Shown in pieces: positions 19,764 to 30,469 of a stretch of 64,000 nucleotides of DNA. Origin of the DNA: Microcoleus sp. (lineage in GTDB: Bacteria; Cyanobacteriota; Cyanobacteriia; Cyanobacteriales; Microcoleaceae); the NCBI GenBank assembly GCA_052279835.1, contig CP181291.1, positions 1,440,001-1,504,000 on the forward strand. The letters run 5' to 3'. The translations under genes and the position numbers were made by a program. The notes under the pieces are model-generated. The model was not told the origin of the DNA. It did not search any database and saw only the letters and a list, made by a program, of their open reading frames with translations. The first letter of the stretch is position 1; each line of letters begins with the position of its first letter.

Positions 19764-22700
19764 AGGAAATCAGAGGAGCTTATCGCGCCATTAACTCCCA
19801 CCAGAGTAGCTACAACTTCAGTAGTTCCAGCTACTCGCAGCAGTGTACCGTTGAGAGTAGGTGTAAATTGTAACTGCTGGAAACTCAGACCACCAGTCAA
19901 GACAAATCGATCGACACCAACCTCAAAATTAATCACAGTATCATTGCCACTAGCAGCACTCAACACAAATCGATCGCTTCCGATACCTCCAATGAAAGTA
20001 TCATCGCCCAAGCCACCAAACAGTAAATCATCTCCTTCACCGCCATTGATAATGTCGTTATCTTTCCCTCCATAGAGAGTGTCATTACCATCACCCCCGT
20101 TGAGAGTATCTTCCCCTTCATTACCGTAAACCAAATCCTCGCCAGCACCGCCACTGATGCAATCTTGCTGGCCAGTAGTACCCACAGACACACCCATGTC
20201 ATCAGCGCGATCGCCAAAGATGGTATCGTTGCCATCATCGCCACAAAGCTCATCATTACCATCACCTCCATAAATTAAGTCATCATCACTGTCTCCATGT
20301 ATGAGGTCGTTACCTTTGCCACCGTAGAGAGAATCATTGTTCTTACCGCCACTGATAGTATCCTCAGATTCATCGCCGAATAATAAGTCAGAACCGATAT
20401 TCCCGAAGAGCAAGTCATTCCCCTCGACATCCTTGACTCGACTGCGAGTACCACCGTACATAGTGTCGTCTCCACTGTCTCCGGTAAGGGTATCAGAGCC
20501 AAGTTCGCCCCAAATCAAGTCATTATCTTTGCCACCCCAAACGGCATCGTTGCCCTTACCTGCTTGCACCGTATCATTACCGTTACCGCCGGCAATGATG
20601 TCGTCACCGGTGCCACCAAAGATTAAATCTTGTTCGCCAGTATCCCCAATCGAGTTGGCACTGCCACTGTCACCGAGGATGGTATCAATGCCTTCTCCAC
20701 CGTAGAGAGTATCAGAGCCTAATTGACCAAAAATTAGGTCATTACCTCTGCCTCCATAAACAGCATCATTATCTTTACCGCCAATCAGCGTATCGTCATT
20801 TTCTTGGCCGCTCAGAAAATCGTTGCCGAAACCTCCGTAGAGCAAGTCCCGTCCCTGGAAGTCCTTAGCCCTGTTGTCAGTGATACCACCAAACAAGCTA
20901 TCCTCTCCAGTACCGCCAATCAACGTATCAGAGCCGAGTTCACCCCAAATCAGGTCATTGTCTCGACCTCCAAAGGCAATATCATTACCTTTGCCGCCAT
21001 GAATGGTATCCTCACCCTCATTGCCGTTGATGACATCTGCACCATCGCCTCCGAAGATTAAATCGCGAGCATCGTCAGGAGTCTGGGAGTTGTTTAGCCC
21101 GGTGTCTCCCAAAATAGTGTCCGCACCTCGATCGCCCAAAAGAGTATCAGAACCTAAGTCGCCAGAAATCCAATCGTTTTGTTTCCCACCGGCTATAAAA
21201 TCGTCGTTCTCACCACCGTAAACAACATCGCTGCCAAATCCGCCAAAAATTGTGTCATTGTCTTGATTTCCGTAAATTTCATCGTTACCACCTTCACCTA
21301 AAAGTAGATCGCGACCTGGAAAACCGATAATTTTTTCGTTACGATTGCTACCCTGAATGAAGTCGTTGCCATTGGTTCCTTTAAGGGTTTGTTCCTCAAG
21401 CGCCACTGGTGTCTGTGGGCGGTTAAATGAGAGTTCAGGGGGTTGTGTTGGTGGCAAAAAGTTAATTTCCGGTGTTTCCACAAGCAGCTCACACCCACAG
21501 TCTGTTTCAGGTTCGGCGATGGGAGTTGGTGTTGGTGTGGGGAAAACTGGCTGTAAGATAGCAGTCACAGTAGCCGTGGAGGGATTACTGATAGCCCCTT
21601 CGTTATCCGTGGCGGTGTAACTGAAATTAGCCCCAGTAAAATTATCAGTTGTTTGGAAAAATAATTCCTGAATCTGTGGAGGAGTCAGGGTTTGACCAGG
21701 TGTTACCGGAACGCCACCGTTGGCTGGTTCTCCTAAAAATAGGATTCCTTGGTCTGCTGGGGGCAAAGTGTTGATAGTGTAAGAAGCGATCGACCCATCG
21801 GGATCGGTGGCTGACAATCCTGTTATTTGTTTGCTGCTATTGGGGGGAATGCTCAAGGTAGCATCGCTAGCCACTGGCGGTTCATTGGCCTGGGGAGTTG
21901 GCGTGGGGGTTGGTACTGGTGATGGAGTTGGCGTTGGTACTGGTGATGGAGTTGGTGTTGGTACTGGTGATGGAGTTGGCGTGGGAGTTGGCGTGGGAGC
22001 TACAATCTCCGCTACCGTAGCAGCCGCCGGACTGCTGAGACCTTTGTCATCAGTTGCTCGGTAGTTAAAGTTGGCTCCGGTGAATGCACCTGTGGACTGG
22101 AAGAATAGCTGGCTAATTTGGGCTGGTGTCAGCACTTGACCCGGTGTGACAGGGACACCACCGTTGGCTGGGTCTCCTAAGAACAGGACTCCTTGGGCGG
22201 CGTTCGGCAAAGTATCTATTGTATAGGAGGCGATGGTTCCGTCGGGGTCAGTGCCTCCGAGTCCGGGGAGTCGAACGGTGCTGTTGGGTGCGATCGCGGT
22301 ATTTACATTATTCGCTACAGGCGGTTGGTTAGCACCCGGTAGCAAGGCCGATACCGTCGCAGCGGCAGGACTGCTGAGACCTTTATCATCAGTAGCTCTG
22401 TAGTTAAAGTTGGCTCCGGTGAATGTACCTGTGGACTTGAAAAATAACTGGCTAATTTGGGCTGGGGTCAGCACTTGACCCGGTGTGACAGCGACACCAC
22501 CGTTGGCTGGGTCTCCTAAGAACAGGACTCCTTGGGCGGCGGGGGGCAGACTATCTATTGTATAAGAGGCGATCGTCCCGTCGGGGTCCGTGCCTCCGAG
22601 TCCGGGGAGTTGAACGGTGCTGTTGGGTGCTAGGACTGCGTTGGTATTGTTGGTGACAGGCGGTTGGTTGACCGGTGTTGGCGTGGGTGTTACGCTCTGC

Positions 22701-25700
22701 GCTACAGTCGCAGCCGCCAAACTGCTGAGACCTTTATCATCAGTAGCTCTGTAGTTAAAGTTGGCTCCGGTGAACGTACCTGTGGACTTGAAAAATAGCT
22801 GGCTAATTTGGGCTGGTGTCAGCACTTGACCCGGTGTGACAGCGACACCACCGTTGGCTGGATCTCCTAAGAAGAGGACTCCTTGGGCGGCGGGGGGCAA
22901 AGTATCTATTGTATAGGAGGCGATCGTCCCGTCGGGGTCCGTGCCTCCGAGTCCGGGGAGTCGAACGGTGCTGTTGGGTGCGATCGCGGTATTTACATTA
23001 TTGGCTACAGGGGGTTGGTTAGGACTAGGTAGCAACGCCGATACCGTAGCCGCCGCCGGACTGCTGAGACCTTTGTCATCAGTAGCTCTGTAGTTAAAGT
23101 TGGCTCCGGTGAATGCACCTGTGGACTGGAAGAATAGCTGGCTAATTTGGGCCGGTGTCAGCACTTGACCTGGTGTGACAGCGACACCACCGTTGGCTGG
23201 GTCTCCTAAGAACAGGACTCCTTGGGCGACGGGGGGTAAAGTATCTATTGTATAGGAGGCGATCGTCCCGTCGGGGTCCGTGCCTCCGAGTCCGGGGAGT
23301 CGAAGGGTGCTGTTGGGTGCTAGGACTGCGTTGGTATTGTTGGTGACAGGGGGTTGGTTGACTGGTGTTGGCGTTGGTACTGGTGAGGGAGTTGGCGTGG
23401 GAGCTACAATCTCCGCTACCGTAGCAGCCGCCAAACTGCTGAGACCTTTATCATCAGTAGCTCTGTAGTTAAAGTTGGCTCCGGTGAACGTACCTGTGGA
23501 CTTGAAAAATAGCTGGCTAATTTGGGCTGGTGTCAGCACTTGACCCGGTGTGACAGCGACGCCACCGTTGGCTGGGTCTCCTAAGAACAGGACTCCTTGG
23601 GCGACGGGGGGCAAAGTATCTATTGTATAGGAGGCGATGGTTCCGTCGGGGTCAGTGCCTCCGAGTCCGGGGAGTCGAACGGTGCTGTTGGGTGCGATCG
23701 CGGTATTTACATTATTGGCTACAGGGGGTTGGTTAGGACTAGGTAGCAACGCCGATACCGTAGCCGCCGCCGGACTGCTGAGACCTTTGTCATCAGTAGC
23801 TCTGTAGTTAAAGTTGGCTCCGGTGAATGCACCTGTGGACTGGAAGAATAGCTGGCTAATTTGGGCCGGTGTCAGCACTTGACCTGGTGTGACAGCGACA
23901 CCACCGTTGGCTGGGTCTCCTAAGAACAGGACTCCTTGGGCGACGGGGGGTAAAGTATCTATTGTATAGGAGGCGATCGTCCCGTCGGGGTCCGTGCCTC
24001 CGAGTCCGGGGAGTCGAAGGGTGCTGTTGGGTGCTAGGACTGCGTTGGTATTGTTGGTGACAGGGGGTTGGTTGACTGGTGTTGGAGGTGTTGGAGGTGT
24101 TGGAGGTGTTGGAGGTGTTGGAGGTGTTGGAGGTGTTGGAGGTGTTGGAGGTGTTGGAGGTGTCAGAGCGGTGGTGACTTTGGCACCCGGTGCAGTACCG
24201 TCGTTGTTACTGGGAGTGGGGTCTGGGGTACTAGAGCTACTGCTGGCAGTATTCGAGACGCTGACTCCTGCTGGTGCGATGAAGCTGATGGTGCGGGTGG
24301 TGCTGGCTTGATTGGTTAAGGTGGCTAGGGGGAAGGTGACTATCCCGGTAGTGCTGTTGTAGGTACCGTTGTCGGAGACAACTACTCCTGTTAAGCCGGG
24401 AATGATGCTGTCGGTGATGGTGATATTATCGGCGGTGCTTGGTCCGTTGTTTTGTGTGGTGATTGTATAACTGACGGTGGAGCCTGGTGCTGCACTGTTG
24501 GTCCCGGTTTTGGTGGTGACGACATCGGCGCTCGGTGTCAGAGCGGTGGTGACTTTGGCACCGGTTGCACTACCATCATTGTTACTGGGAGTGGGGTCTG
24601 GGGTACTAGAGCTACTGCTGGCAATATTCGAGACGCTGACTCCTGCTGGTGCGATGAAGCTGACTGTGTTGGTAATCGCAGCAGCGGCGCCACTGGCTAA
24701 GCTGACAACAGGTGAGAAGGTGACAATGCCAGTAATTGGATCGTAAGTACCGTTGGATAGATTAACTCCTGTTAAGCCGGGAATGATGCTGTCGGTGATG
24801 GTGACGTTATCGGCGGTGCTTGGTCCGTTGTTTTGTGTGGTGATTGTATAACTGACGGTGGAGCCTGGTGCTGCACTATTAGTCCCGGTTTTGGTGGTGA
24901 CGACATCGGCGCTGGGTGTCAGAGCGGTGGTGACTTTGGCACCCGGTGCAGTACCGTCGTTGTTACTGGGAGTGGGGTCTGGGGTACTAGAGCTACTGCT
25001 GGCAGTATTCGAGACGCTGACTCCTGCTGGTGCGATGAAGCTGATGGTGCGGGTGGTGCTGGCTTGATTGGTTAAGGTGGCTAGGGGGAAGGTGACTATC
25101 CCGGTAGTGCTGTTGTAGGTACCGTTGTCGGAGACAACTACTCCTGTTAAGCCGGGAATGATGCTGTCGGTGATGGTGATATTATCGGCGGTGCTTGGTC
25201 CGTTGTTTTGTGTGGTGATTGTATAACTGACGGTGGAGCCTGGTGCTGCACTGTTGGTCCCGGTTTTGGTGGTGACGACATCGGCGCTCGGTGTCAGAGC
25301 GGTGGTGACTTTGGCACCGGTTGCACTACCATCATTGTTACTGGGAGTGGGGTCTGGGGTACTAGAGCTACTGCTGGCAATATTCGAGACGCTGACTCCT
25401 GCTGGTGCGATGAAGCTGATGGTGCGGGTGGTGCTGGCTTGATTGGTTAAGGTGGCTAGGGGGAAGGTGACTATCCCGGTAGTGCTGTTGTAGGTACCGT
25501 TGTCGGAGACAACTACTCCTGTTAAGCCGGGAATGATGCTGTCGGTGATGGTGATATTATCGGCGGTGCTTGGTCCGTTGTTTTGTGTGGTGATTGTATA
25601 ACTGACGGTGGAGCCTGGTGCTGCACTGTTGGTCCCGGTTTTGGTGGTGACGACATCGGCGCTCGGTGTCAGAGCTGTGGTGACTGTAGCAGCGTTATTG

Positions 25701-27937
25701 CTGGGAGTGAGATCTAGCGCACTGGAGCTACTGCTGGCGGTGTTGGAGACGCTGAGTCCTGTGGGTGCGACGAAGCTGATGCTGCGAGTGGTGCTGGCTT
25801 GATTGGTTAAGGTGGCTAGGGGGAAGGTGACTATCCCCGTAGTGCTGTTGTAGGTACCGTTGTCGGAGACAACTACTCCTGTTAAGCCGGGAATGATGCT
25901 GTCGGTGATAGTGACGTTTTCAGCGGTGTTCGGCCCGTTGTTTTGTGTGGTGATTGTATAACTGACGGTGGCACCGGGTGCAGCACTATTAGTCCCGGTT
26001 TTGGTGGTAGCTAGGTCAGCAATAGCAGTTATTGTAGTGATGGCCCTAGAGGTTGGTAGCGAAGTATTATTGTTCGCAACCACGGGATCGAAAGTGCTGG
26101 AATTACTGTAAGCGACGTTAGTGATGGTGGTGGGTGTGGCTGGAGCTATGGCGGTGATGGTGTAAGTGACGCTACCACCGCTGGTCAAAGTCGGAATCAC
26201 TGGCCACGAGACAGTCCTGGTTGTGGGGTTGTAGGTGCCGTTGTTGGATGGGGTGACTCCTGTTAAGCCTGGGGGCAGGATATCTTGAATTAAGACATCT
26301 TTCGCGTCGCTGGTACTGGGTCCTATATTAGTGGAGGTAATTGTGTAGGTAATCGCGCTGCCTAGGGCGGCCACCTGGGGTCCTTGTTTGGCAATGGAAA
26401 CGTCGGCTTGGGGTGGCTGATTTATACTTTCGACTAGGAGATTGTTAAGTTCGTGAATGTTTGTGCCTGGACCTGTGGAACCAGCAAAGCCAAATTTAAA
26501 AGTAGGTGGCACTGCTCCGTTTGCGGCTATCAAATTTGGGATGTCGATCAGTGTTTCGCCGGCATCGAAGGTGCCATTGCTATTTAAGTCTATGGCAACT
26601 GCAAGACGACCGTTAGGTTCTGCTGCCGCCGGAAATAATGTAATTTGGACGCTTCTTTTAGTATTAGGATTGAGTAGCCGATTCGTTACATTTCGATTGT
26701 CTATCTCAATGGAAACGCCAGTCAAATTATTACTTAACAAGCTATAACTTAAAAAGTTATAGGTTTTGCTTTCGCTACCTCTAACTGCTACTGTATCACT
26801 TAGACGGTTGGCAAAATCTCCAGGAGCTACGGGACCGCCCACACGCCCATCTGTGCCTAATTGCTGGCTGGAAAAAAAACCATATTCGTCTAATCCTACA
26901 CCTAAATAACCTCCTGAAATACCAGTTGAAGGGGGATTACTACTATTATTTGGAGCATAGCCAAGAGATCCACCAAAGCCTCCCGCTTTTGTTGGTGTTG
27001 CTGTTCCGTCAATCAGGAAAAAACTAATACCATCAGCCGGCTCGGTACCACTTGCTGAATAGGTAAAAAAATCAAAGGTAACTCTTATACCATCAGTAGC
27101 AGAGATGGGGTTGTTGTAGAGGACAAAAGCTGCTTGGTTTTCGTCATTTGAGGTTAATCTCAAAGCGCCTGAGCCGACTGGCTCGCCAAGCCCTAAACTT
27201 TGAATAATGCCACTGGGGTTGGCTGCACCTGTGGTTAAGCCTGGGTTAGCAGAAGTGCCAGAAATTCCATAGATCCAAGGCCCGATTACTGTATCGTTTT
27301 TAAAGTTTTCGGCGACTAAGGTAGCTAGGACTGATGGGTAGTCTTCTAGGACTTGTTTTTCAAAGGCTATTTCGGTATTGATTTTTCCTGTAGTAATTTC
27401 TAATTCCCAGTCGCCTCCTAGTGCTGCGCTTCCTGTGAGGTTGTGGGAAGCGGCAATATTTGCGCCGGTTATTTCGCTGATTTTTTGTATAAATTTAATG
27501 CCGGATTCGCTGGCGGCTATGTTACAGCCATAGAGTAGAATGCTGGCTGCTTTGTTGAGTGCTTTTCCCCACTGCTGCAATTGGCTGCTGTAGGTTTCTA
27601 AGTTGTGAATATTAAGTTCTGTTGAGCCAAGTTTGATGGCTGCTGCTTCGCCGTGAGAGATGATGTGAATGTTGTTGATGTGGTGCCGATCGCCCAAAAT
27701 TTCACTGATTTGTTCTATCCCATTTCGGAATCGATCGATCGCAATTACTTCAAATCCCGCTTTAACTCCGCTGACTAATTGTTGGTAGTTGTCTACTTGC
27801 GAGTCGAAAATTACTAGATCTTTGCTCTCTTGTGATTTTGCTGTCAAGCTGGAACTTCCCCATGAGATGTTACTCACAGTTTTTTGATAATTGCGTGTTT
27901 TCACGGTAGACATAATGTACTTGCTGGTAGACTTCAT
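19760..27937 (-). CDS. Giant surface/secreted protein: DUF4347, L-type lectin-like domain, 6 DUF11, Pro/Thr linkers, 7 Ig/cadherin-like repeats, RTX Ca-binding repeats
   Basis: HIISHG, LYGCN and LGGDWELE (DUF4347); ADGISFF and FGFAGSTG (lectin); AD(V/L)xxxK...NxGP x6; N(Q/E)PPV...TDPDG x7; many GGxGxD nonapeptides. Confidence 0.92.
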   Translation of the reverse strand: MKSTSKYIMSTVKTRNYQKTVSNISWGSSSLTAKSQESKDLVIFDSQVDNYQQLVSGVKAGFEVIAIDRFRNGIEQISEILGDRHHINNIHIISHGEAAAIKLGSTELNIHNLETYSSQLQQWGKALNKAASILLYGCNIAASESGIKFIQKISEITGANIAASHNLTGSAALGGDWELEITTGKINTEIAFEKQVLEDYPSVLATLVAENFKNDTVIGPWIYGISGTSANPGLTTGAANPSGIIQSLGLGEPVGSGALRLTSNDENQAAFVLYNNPISATDGIRVTFDFFTYSASGTEPADGISFFLIDGTATPTKAGGFGGSLGYAPNNSSNPPSTGISGGYLGVGLDEYGFFSSQQLGTDGRVGGPVAPGDFANRLSDTVAVRGSESKTYNFLSYSLLSNNLTGVSIEIDNRNVTNRLLNPNTKRSVQITLFPAAAEPNGRLAVAIDLNSNGTFDAGETLIDIPNLIAANGAVPPTFKFGFAGSTGPGTNIHELNNLLVESINQPPQADVSIAKQGPQVAALGSAITYTITSTNIGPSTSDAKDVLIQDILPPGLTGVTPSNNGTYNPTTRTVSWPVIPTLTSGGSVTYTITAIAPATPTTITNVAYSNSSTFDPVVANNNTSLPTSRAITTITAIADLATTKTGTNSAAPGATVSYTITTQNNGPNTAENVTITDSIIPGLTGVVVSDNGTYNSTTGIVTFPLATLTNQASTTRSISFVAPTGLSVSNTASSSSSALDLTPSNNAATVTTALTPSADVVTTKTGTNSAAPGSTVSYTITTQNNGPSTADNITITDSIIPGLTGVVVSDNGTYNSTTGIVTFPLATLTNQASTTRTISFIAPAGVSVSNIASSSSSTPDPTPSNNDGSATGAKVTTALTPSADVVTTKTGTNSAAPGSTVSYTITTQNNGPSTADNITITDSIIPGLTGVVVSDNGTYNSTTGIVTFPLATLTNQASTTRTISFIAPAGVSVSNTASSSSSTPDPTPSNNDGTAPGAKVTTALTPSADVVTTKTGTNSAAPGSTVSYTITTQNNGPSTADNVTITDSIIPGLTGVNLSNGTYDPITGIVTFSPVVSLASGAAAAITNTVSFIAPAGVSVSNIASSSSSTPDPTPSNNDGSATGAKVTTALTPSADVVTTKTGTNSAAPGSTVSYTITTQNNGPSTADNITITDSIIPGLTGVVVSDNGTYNSTTGIVTFPLATLTNQASTTRTISFIAPAGVSVSNTASSSSSTPDPTPSNNDGTAPGAKVTTALTPPTPPTPPTPPTPPTPPTPPTPPTPPTPVNQPPVTNNTNAVLAPNSTLRLPGLGGTDPDGTIASYTIDTLPPVAQGVLFLGDPANGGVAVTPGQVLTPAQISQLFFQSTGAFTGANFNYRATDDKGLSSPAAATVSALLPSPNQPPVANNVNTAIAPNSTVRLPGLGGTDPDGTIASYTIDTLPPVAQGVLFLGDPANGGVAVTPGQVLTPAQISQLFFKSTGTFTGANFNYRATDDKGLSSLAAATVAEIVAPTPTPSPVPTPTPVNQPPVTNNTNAVLAPNSTLRLPGLGGTDPDGTIASYTIDTLPPVAQGVLFLGDPANGGVAVTPGQVLTPAQISQLFFQSTGAFTGANFNYRATDDKGLSSPAAATVSALLPSPNQPPVANNVNTAIAPNSTVRLPGLGGTDPDGTIASYTIDTLPPAAQGVLFLGDPANGGVAVTPGQVLTPAQISQLFFKSTGTFTGANFNYRATDDKGLSSLAAATVAQSVTPTPTPVNQPPVTNNTNAVLAPNSTVQLPGLGGTDPDGTIASYTIDSLPPAAQGVLFLGDPANGGVAVTPGQVLTPAQISQLFFKSTGTFTGANFNYRATDDKGLSSPAAATVSALLPGANQPPVANNVNTAIAPNSTVRLPGLGGTDPDGTIASYTIDTLPNAAQGVLFLGDPANGGVPVTPGQVLTPAQISQLFFQSTGAFTGANFNYRATDDKGLSSPAAATVAEIVAPTPTPTPTPSPVPTPTPSPVPTPTPSPVPTPTPTPQANEPPVASDATLSIPPNSSKQITGLSATDPDGSIASYTINTLPPADQGILFLGEPANGGVPVTPGQTLTPPQIQELFFQTTDNFTGANFSYTATDNEGAISNPSTATVTAILQPVFPTPTPTPIAEPETDCGCELLVETPEINFLPPTQPPELSFNRPQTPVALEEQTLKGTNGNDFIQGSNRNEKIIGFPGRDLLLGEGGNDEIYGNQDNDTIFGGFGSDVVYGGENDDFIAGGKQNDWISGDLGSDTLLGDRGADTILGDTGLNNSQTPDDARDLIFGGDGADVINGNEGEDTIHGGKGNDIAFGGRDNDLIWGELGSDTLIGGTGEDSLFGGITDNRAKDFQGRDLLYGGFGNDFLSGQENDDTLIGGKDNDAVYGGRGNDLIFGQLGSDTLYGGEGIDTILGDSGSANSIGDTGEQDLIFGGTGDDIIAGGNGNDTVQAGKGNDAVWGGKDNDLIWGELGSDTLTGDSGDDTMYGGTRSRVKDVEGNDLLFGNIGSDLLFGDESEDTISGGKNNDSLYGGKGNDLIHGDSDDDLIYGGDGNDELCGDDGNDTIFGDRADDMGVSVGTTGQQDCISGGAGEDLVYGNEGEDTLNGGDGNDTLYGGKDNDIINGGEGDDLLFGGLGDDTFIGGIGSDRFVLSAASGNDTVINFEVGVDRFVLTGGLSFQQLQFTPTLNGTLLRVAGTTEVVATLVGVNGAISSSDFL
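24078..24163 (-). repeat. Coding 9-bp tandem repeat (GGTGTTGGA)n encoding (PPT)n
   Basis: About 9 perfect units. Confidence 0.95.
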
Positions 27938-28384
27938 TTCCGATCGACTTAATTGCCTCGTTTAAGCTAACCTATCTTAGAAAAATCGACAAACTATAAA
28001 ATATTAAGTTTTGTAACGGATTGTTGTTATCTATAAAATACTTACGTATTTTCTACTATTTAGTTATCTCTAATAAGTAAATTTTATACAGAAAGCGCCA
28101 TCATATAAATCCGATCGCCTCCGACAAAAAATCACCCTAAATCTGATAAAATTCAGCACTTACAGGTGTTTCAACTGTAGCTCTAGTCTAGATTTTCCAA
28201 GGGTGACAGAGCTTTAAGGGGGCGATCGACAATTAGCTCAATACGTGCGAACAACTTTCAGCAATTGCGAAATCGCAATTATTTCGAGTGTGTTTATATT
28301 TACATTAGCTCGCTGAACATGGAGGAAAAATATTTTTAAAATAAAGAATGTGAATAGTTTAAGCGATGTCAAAAAATATAGGTG

Positions 28385-28422
28385 TTGACAATTAATAGTT
28401 TAATAGTTATATAGCTTATAAT
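28385..28422 (+). promoter_or_regulatory. Possible sigma70-type promoter upstream of the DUF389 gene
   Basis: TTGACA-17 bp-TATATA, with a TATAAT at 28417. Confidence 0.4.
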
Positions 28423-28693
28423 GAGAATAATTAACTGCGAATATTATCACAGCAACTTAAAAAATACAATTAAATGGTGCAAAAATTAACAAGGCCACAA
28501 TTCCCCACGGTAAATTAAAAATAGGGAGATCCCCAACTTCATAAAAGTTATCCGGGAGCTCAAAGCACAATATCGACTGCTGTACAGCAAAGGGCAATCG
28601 GACTAGGACTCAACCCCTGAAGCGATGGACTGTTTTGAAGCGATCGACTAACCTCAGACATGAAGAAAAACTACCAATTGTTTCTCAGGATAT

Positions 28694-30466
28694 ATGATGC
28701 CAAAGTTAAGGATATTAGCAACATTTCCTCGCTTGAGCCGCTGGTTTGCTCAAAATTTAGGTGTGAGTAACCTTCGCAAAGAACAGGTTTACTTAGACCT
28801 TGCTCATTCGGTGACCCTAACGGATGCGAGCTATTGGATTCAAGTTTTGTTTGCCGCTGGCATCGCCACCCTAGGTCTAGTCTTGAACAGTCCAGCCGTG
28901 ATCATTGGTGCGATGCTGATTTCACCGTTGATGGGGAGTATTTTGGCGAATGGCTTAGCCCTAGCCACCGGAGACGTAATTTTAGCGCTGCGAGCTCTTT
29001 TTAACCTAATTTTGAGCTGTGGGCTTGCCATTTCCTTTGCGGTGCTGTTGGTATTGATTCTGCCATTTAAGGAAATGACCAGCGAAATTCTGGCGCGAAC
29101 TCAGCCAAATCTGCTGGATTTAGTTATTGCTATGTTTTCCGGTGCGGTGGGAGCAGTGGCTATTTGCAAGGAAGCTAAAGGAGTCGTCACGTCTATTCCG
29201 GGGGTTTCGATCGCAGTGGCACTGATGCCCCCGCTGTGTGTGGTAGGTTATGGGATTGGGATGGCCCTCAGCCTCAGCCCTGGAACTGGATTGGCGGTGG
29301 CGCGAGGGGGAGGGCTGCTATTTTTTACTAACTTAGTCGCCATTACCTTTATGGCGATGCTCGTGTTTTTAGCCCTGCACATTGATACCACTTCTGTGCG
29401 CGATCGAGTTCGGACATGGCGCCAAAGCGATCGCGAAAGCATTTGGATACAGTCGTTGGTAGATAGAATGCCTGCATCAGGGCGATTCAATCGCATCGGC
29501 AGTTTACCGAGTCGCCTGCTGCTAATTCTGATGACTATTTTTTTGATTTCGATTCCCCTAAATCAATCTTACAGTCAACTTCGCACCGAAATTGAGCGGA
29601 AGCAGCAACAGAATCGACTCCGTAATGGCGCAACAGAAATCTGGCAAAAAAACTTTGGCAACTTTGCTGATGGCAAAGTGCGATCGTACATCAGTCAACT
29701 CTCATTTCAACAACAAAATCGTAAATTGGTTACTCAACTTCAGGTGGTTACCAGCCAAGTCTACACCGAAGCCGAACGAGAGAAATACAAGCAATTGCTG
29801 TCGGTGAAACTGCGGAGGCCGTTGGACTCAATTGCTGTAAATTTGATTCAGATTCCGATAGCTTCTAACGACTTGTTGCCAACAGTTTCAGAACAAATTA
29901 AGCCAGCGCCACCCCCCACAATTGCTCAATTGCAATCTAGTTTTTTGAGCAGCGTGGACTCTGCCCTCGATTCCCTCCTTTTGCCTCTCCCAGCCCAATT
30001 GGTGAGTTATGAGGCGAGTACCAGCCCAGTGGAACCCTTAAAAATTCAGATTCTTTACTTGAGTCCGCGGGATCTCGATCGCGACGGACAAGCACTACTG
30101 GTGCAGGATATCCGCAATCAATTAAATTACCCTACAGCTCAGGTGAAGTTCAATCGAATTGCGCCCATTGCTGCAACAGTTACCTTTGCATTAAATAAAT
30201 CTGAAATTCCGACTGACCAAACTCAATTACTCGATCGACTTGCTCAGAGCGTGCAGAAATATCGTACATTACAGATTGAGATGACTTCTGGTCAAGCACC
30301 ATCTGAAATTAACACGCGCGCCCAGGAGCGATCGCGCGCTATCCGTAGCTACTTGCAAACTAAATGGCAAATTGGGTCCGATCGCTACATGATTAAAACT
30401 GGAACAACAACAAAACCCATTGTCCAACTGAAAATTGTGAGACTGCCACAAAAATCCTCACTGTAA
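28694..30466 (+). CDS. DUF389 membrane protein with C-terminal OmpA-like region
   Basis: GLVLNSPAVIIGAMLISPLM, EILART, PGVSIAVALMPPL; C-terminal VTFALNKSEI...QERSRAIRSYL resembles OmpA_C. Confidence 0.85.
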   Translation: MMPKLRILATFPRLSRWFAQNLGVSNLRKEQVYLDLAHSVTLTDASYWIQVLFAAGIATLGLVLNSPAVIIGAMLISPLMGSILANGLALATGDVILALRALFNLILSCGLAISFAVLLVLILPFKEMTSEILARTQPNLLDLVIAMFSGAVGAVAICKEAKGVVTSIPGVSIAVALMPPLCVVGYGIGMALSLSPGTGLAVARGGGLLFFTNLVAITFMAMLVFLALHIDTTSVRDRVRTWRQSDRESIWIQSLVDRMPASGRFNRIGSLPSRLLLILMTIFLISIPLNQSYSQLRTEIERKQQQNRLRNGATEIWQKNFGNFADGKVRSYISQLSFQQQNRKLVTQLQVVTSQVYTEAEREKYKQLLSVKLRRPLDSIAVNLIQIPIASNDLLPTVSEQIKPAPPPTIAQLQSSFLSSVDSALDSLLLPLPAQLVSYEASTSPVEPLKIQILYLSPRDLDRDGQALLVQDIRNQLNYPTAQVKFNRIAPIAATVTFALNKSEIPTDQTQLLDRLAQSVQKYRTLQIEMTSGQAPSEINTRAQERSRAIRSYLQTKWQIGSDRYMIKTGTTTKPIVQLKIVRLPQKSSL

Positions 30467-30469
30467 GTC

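Noticed and set aside
24068..24319. ORF with striking (CWR)n repeats
   Set aside because: Antisense shadow of the (PPT)n linker in the giant protein.
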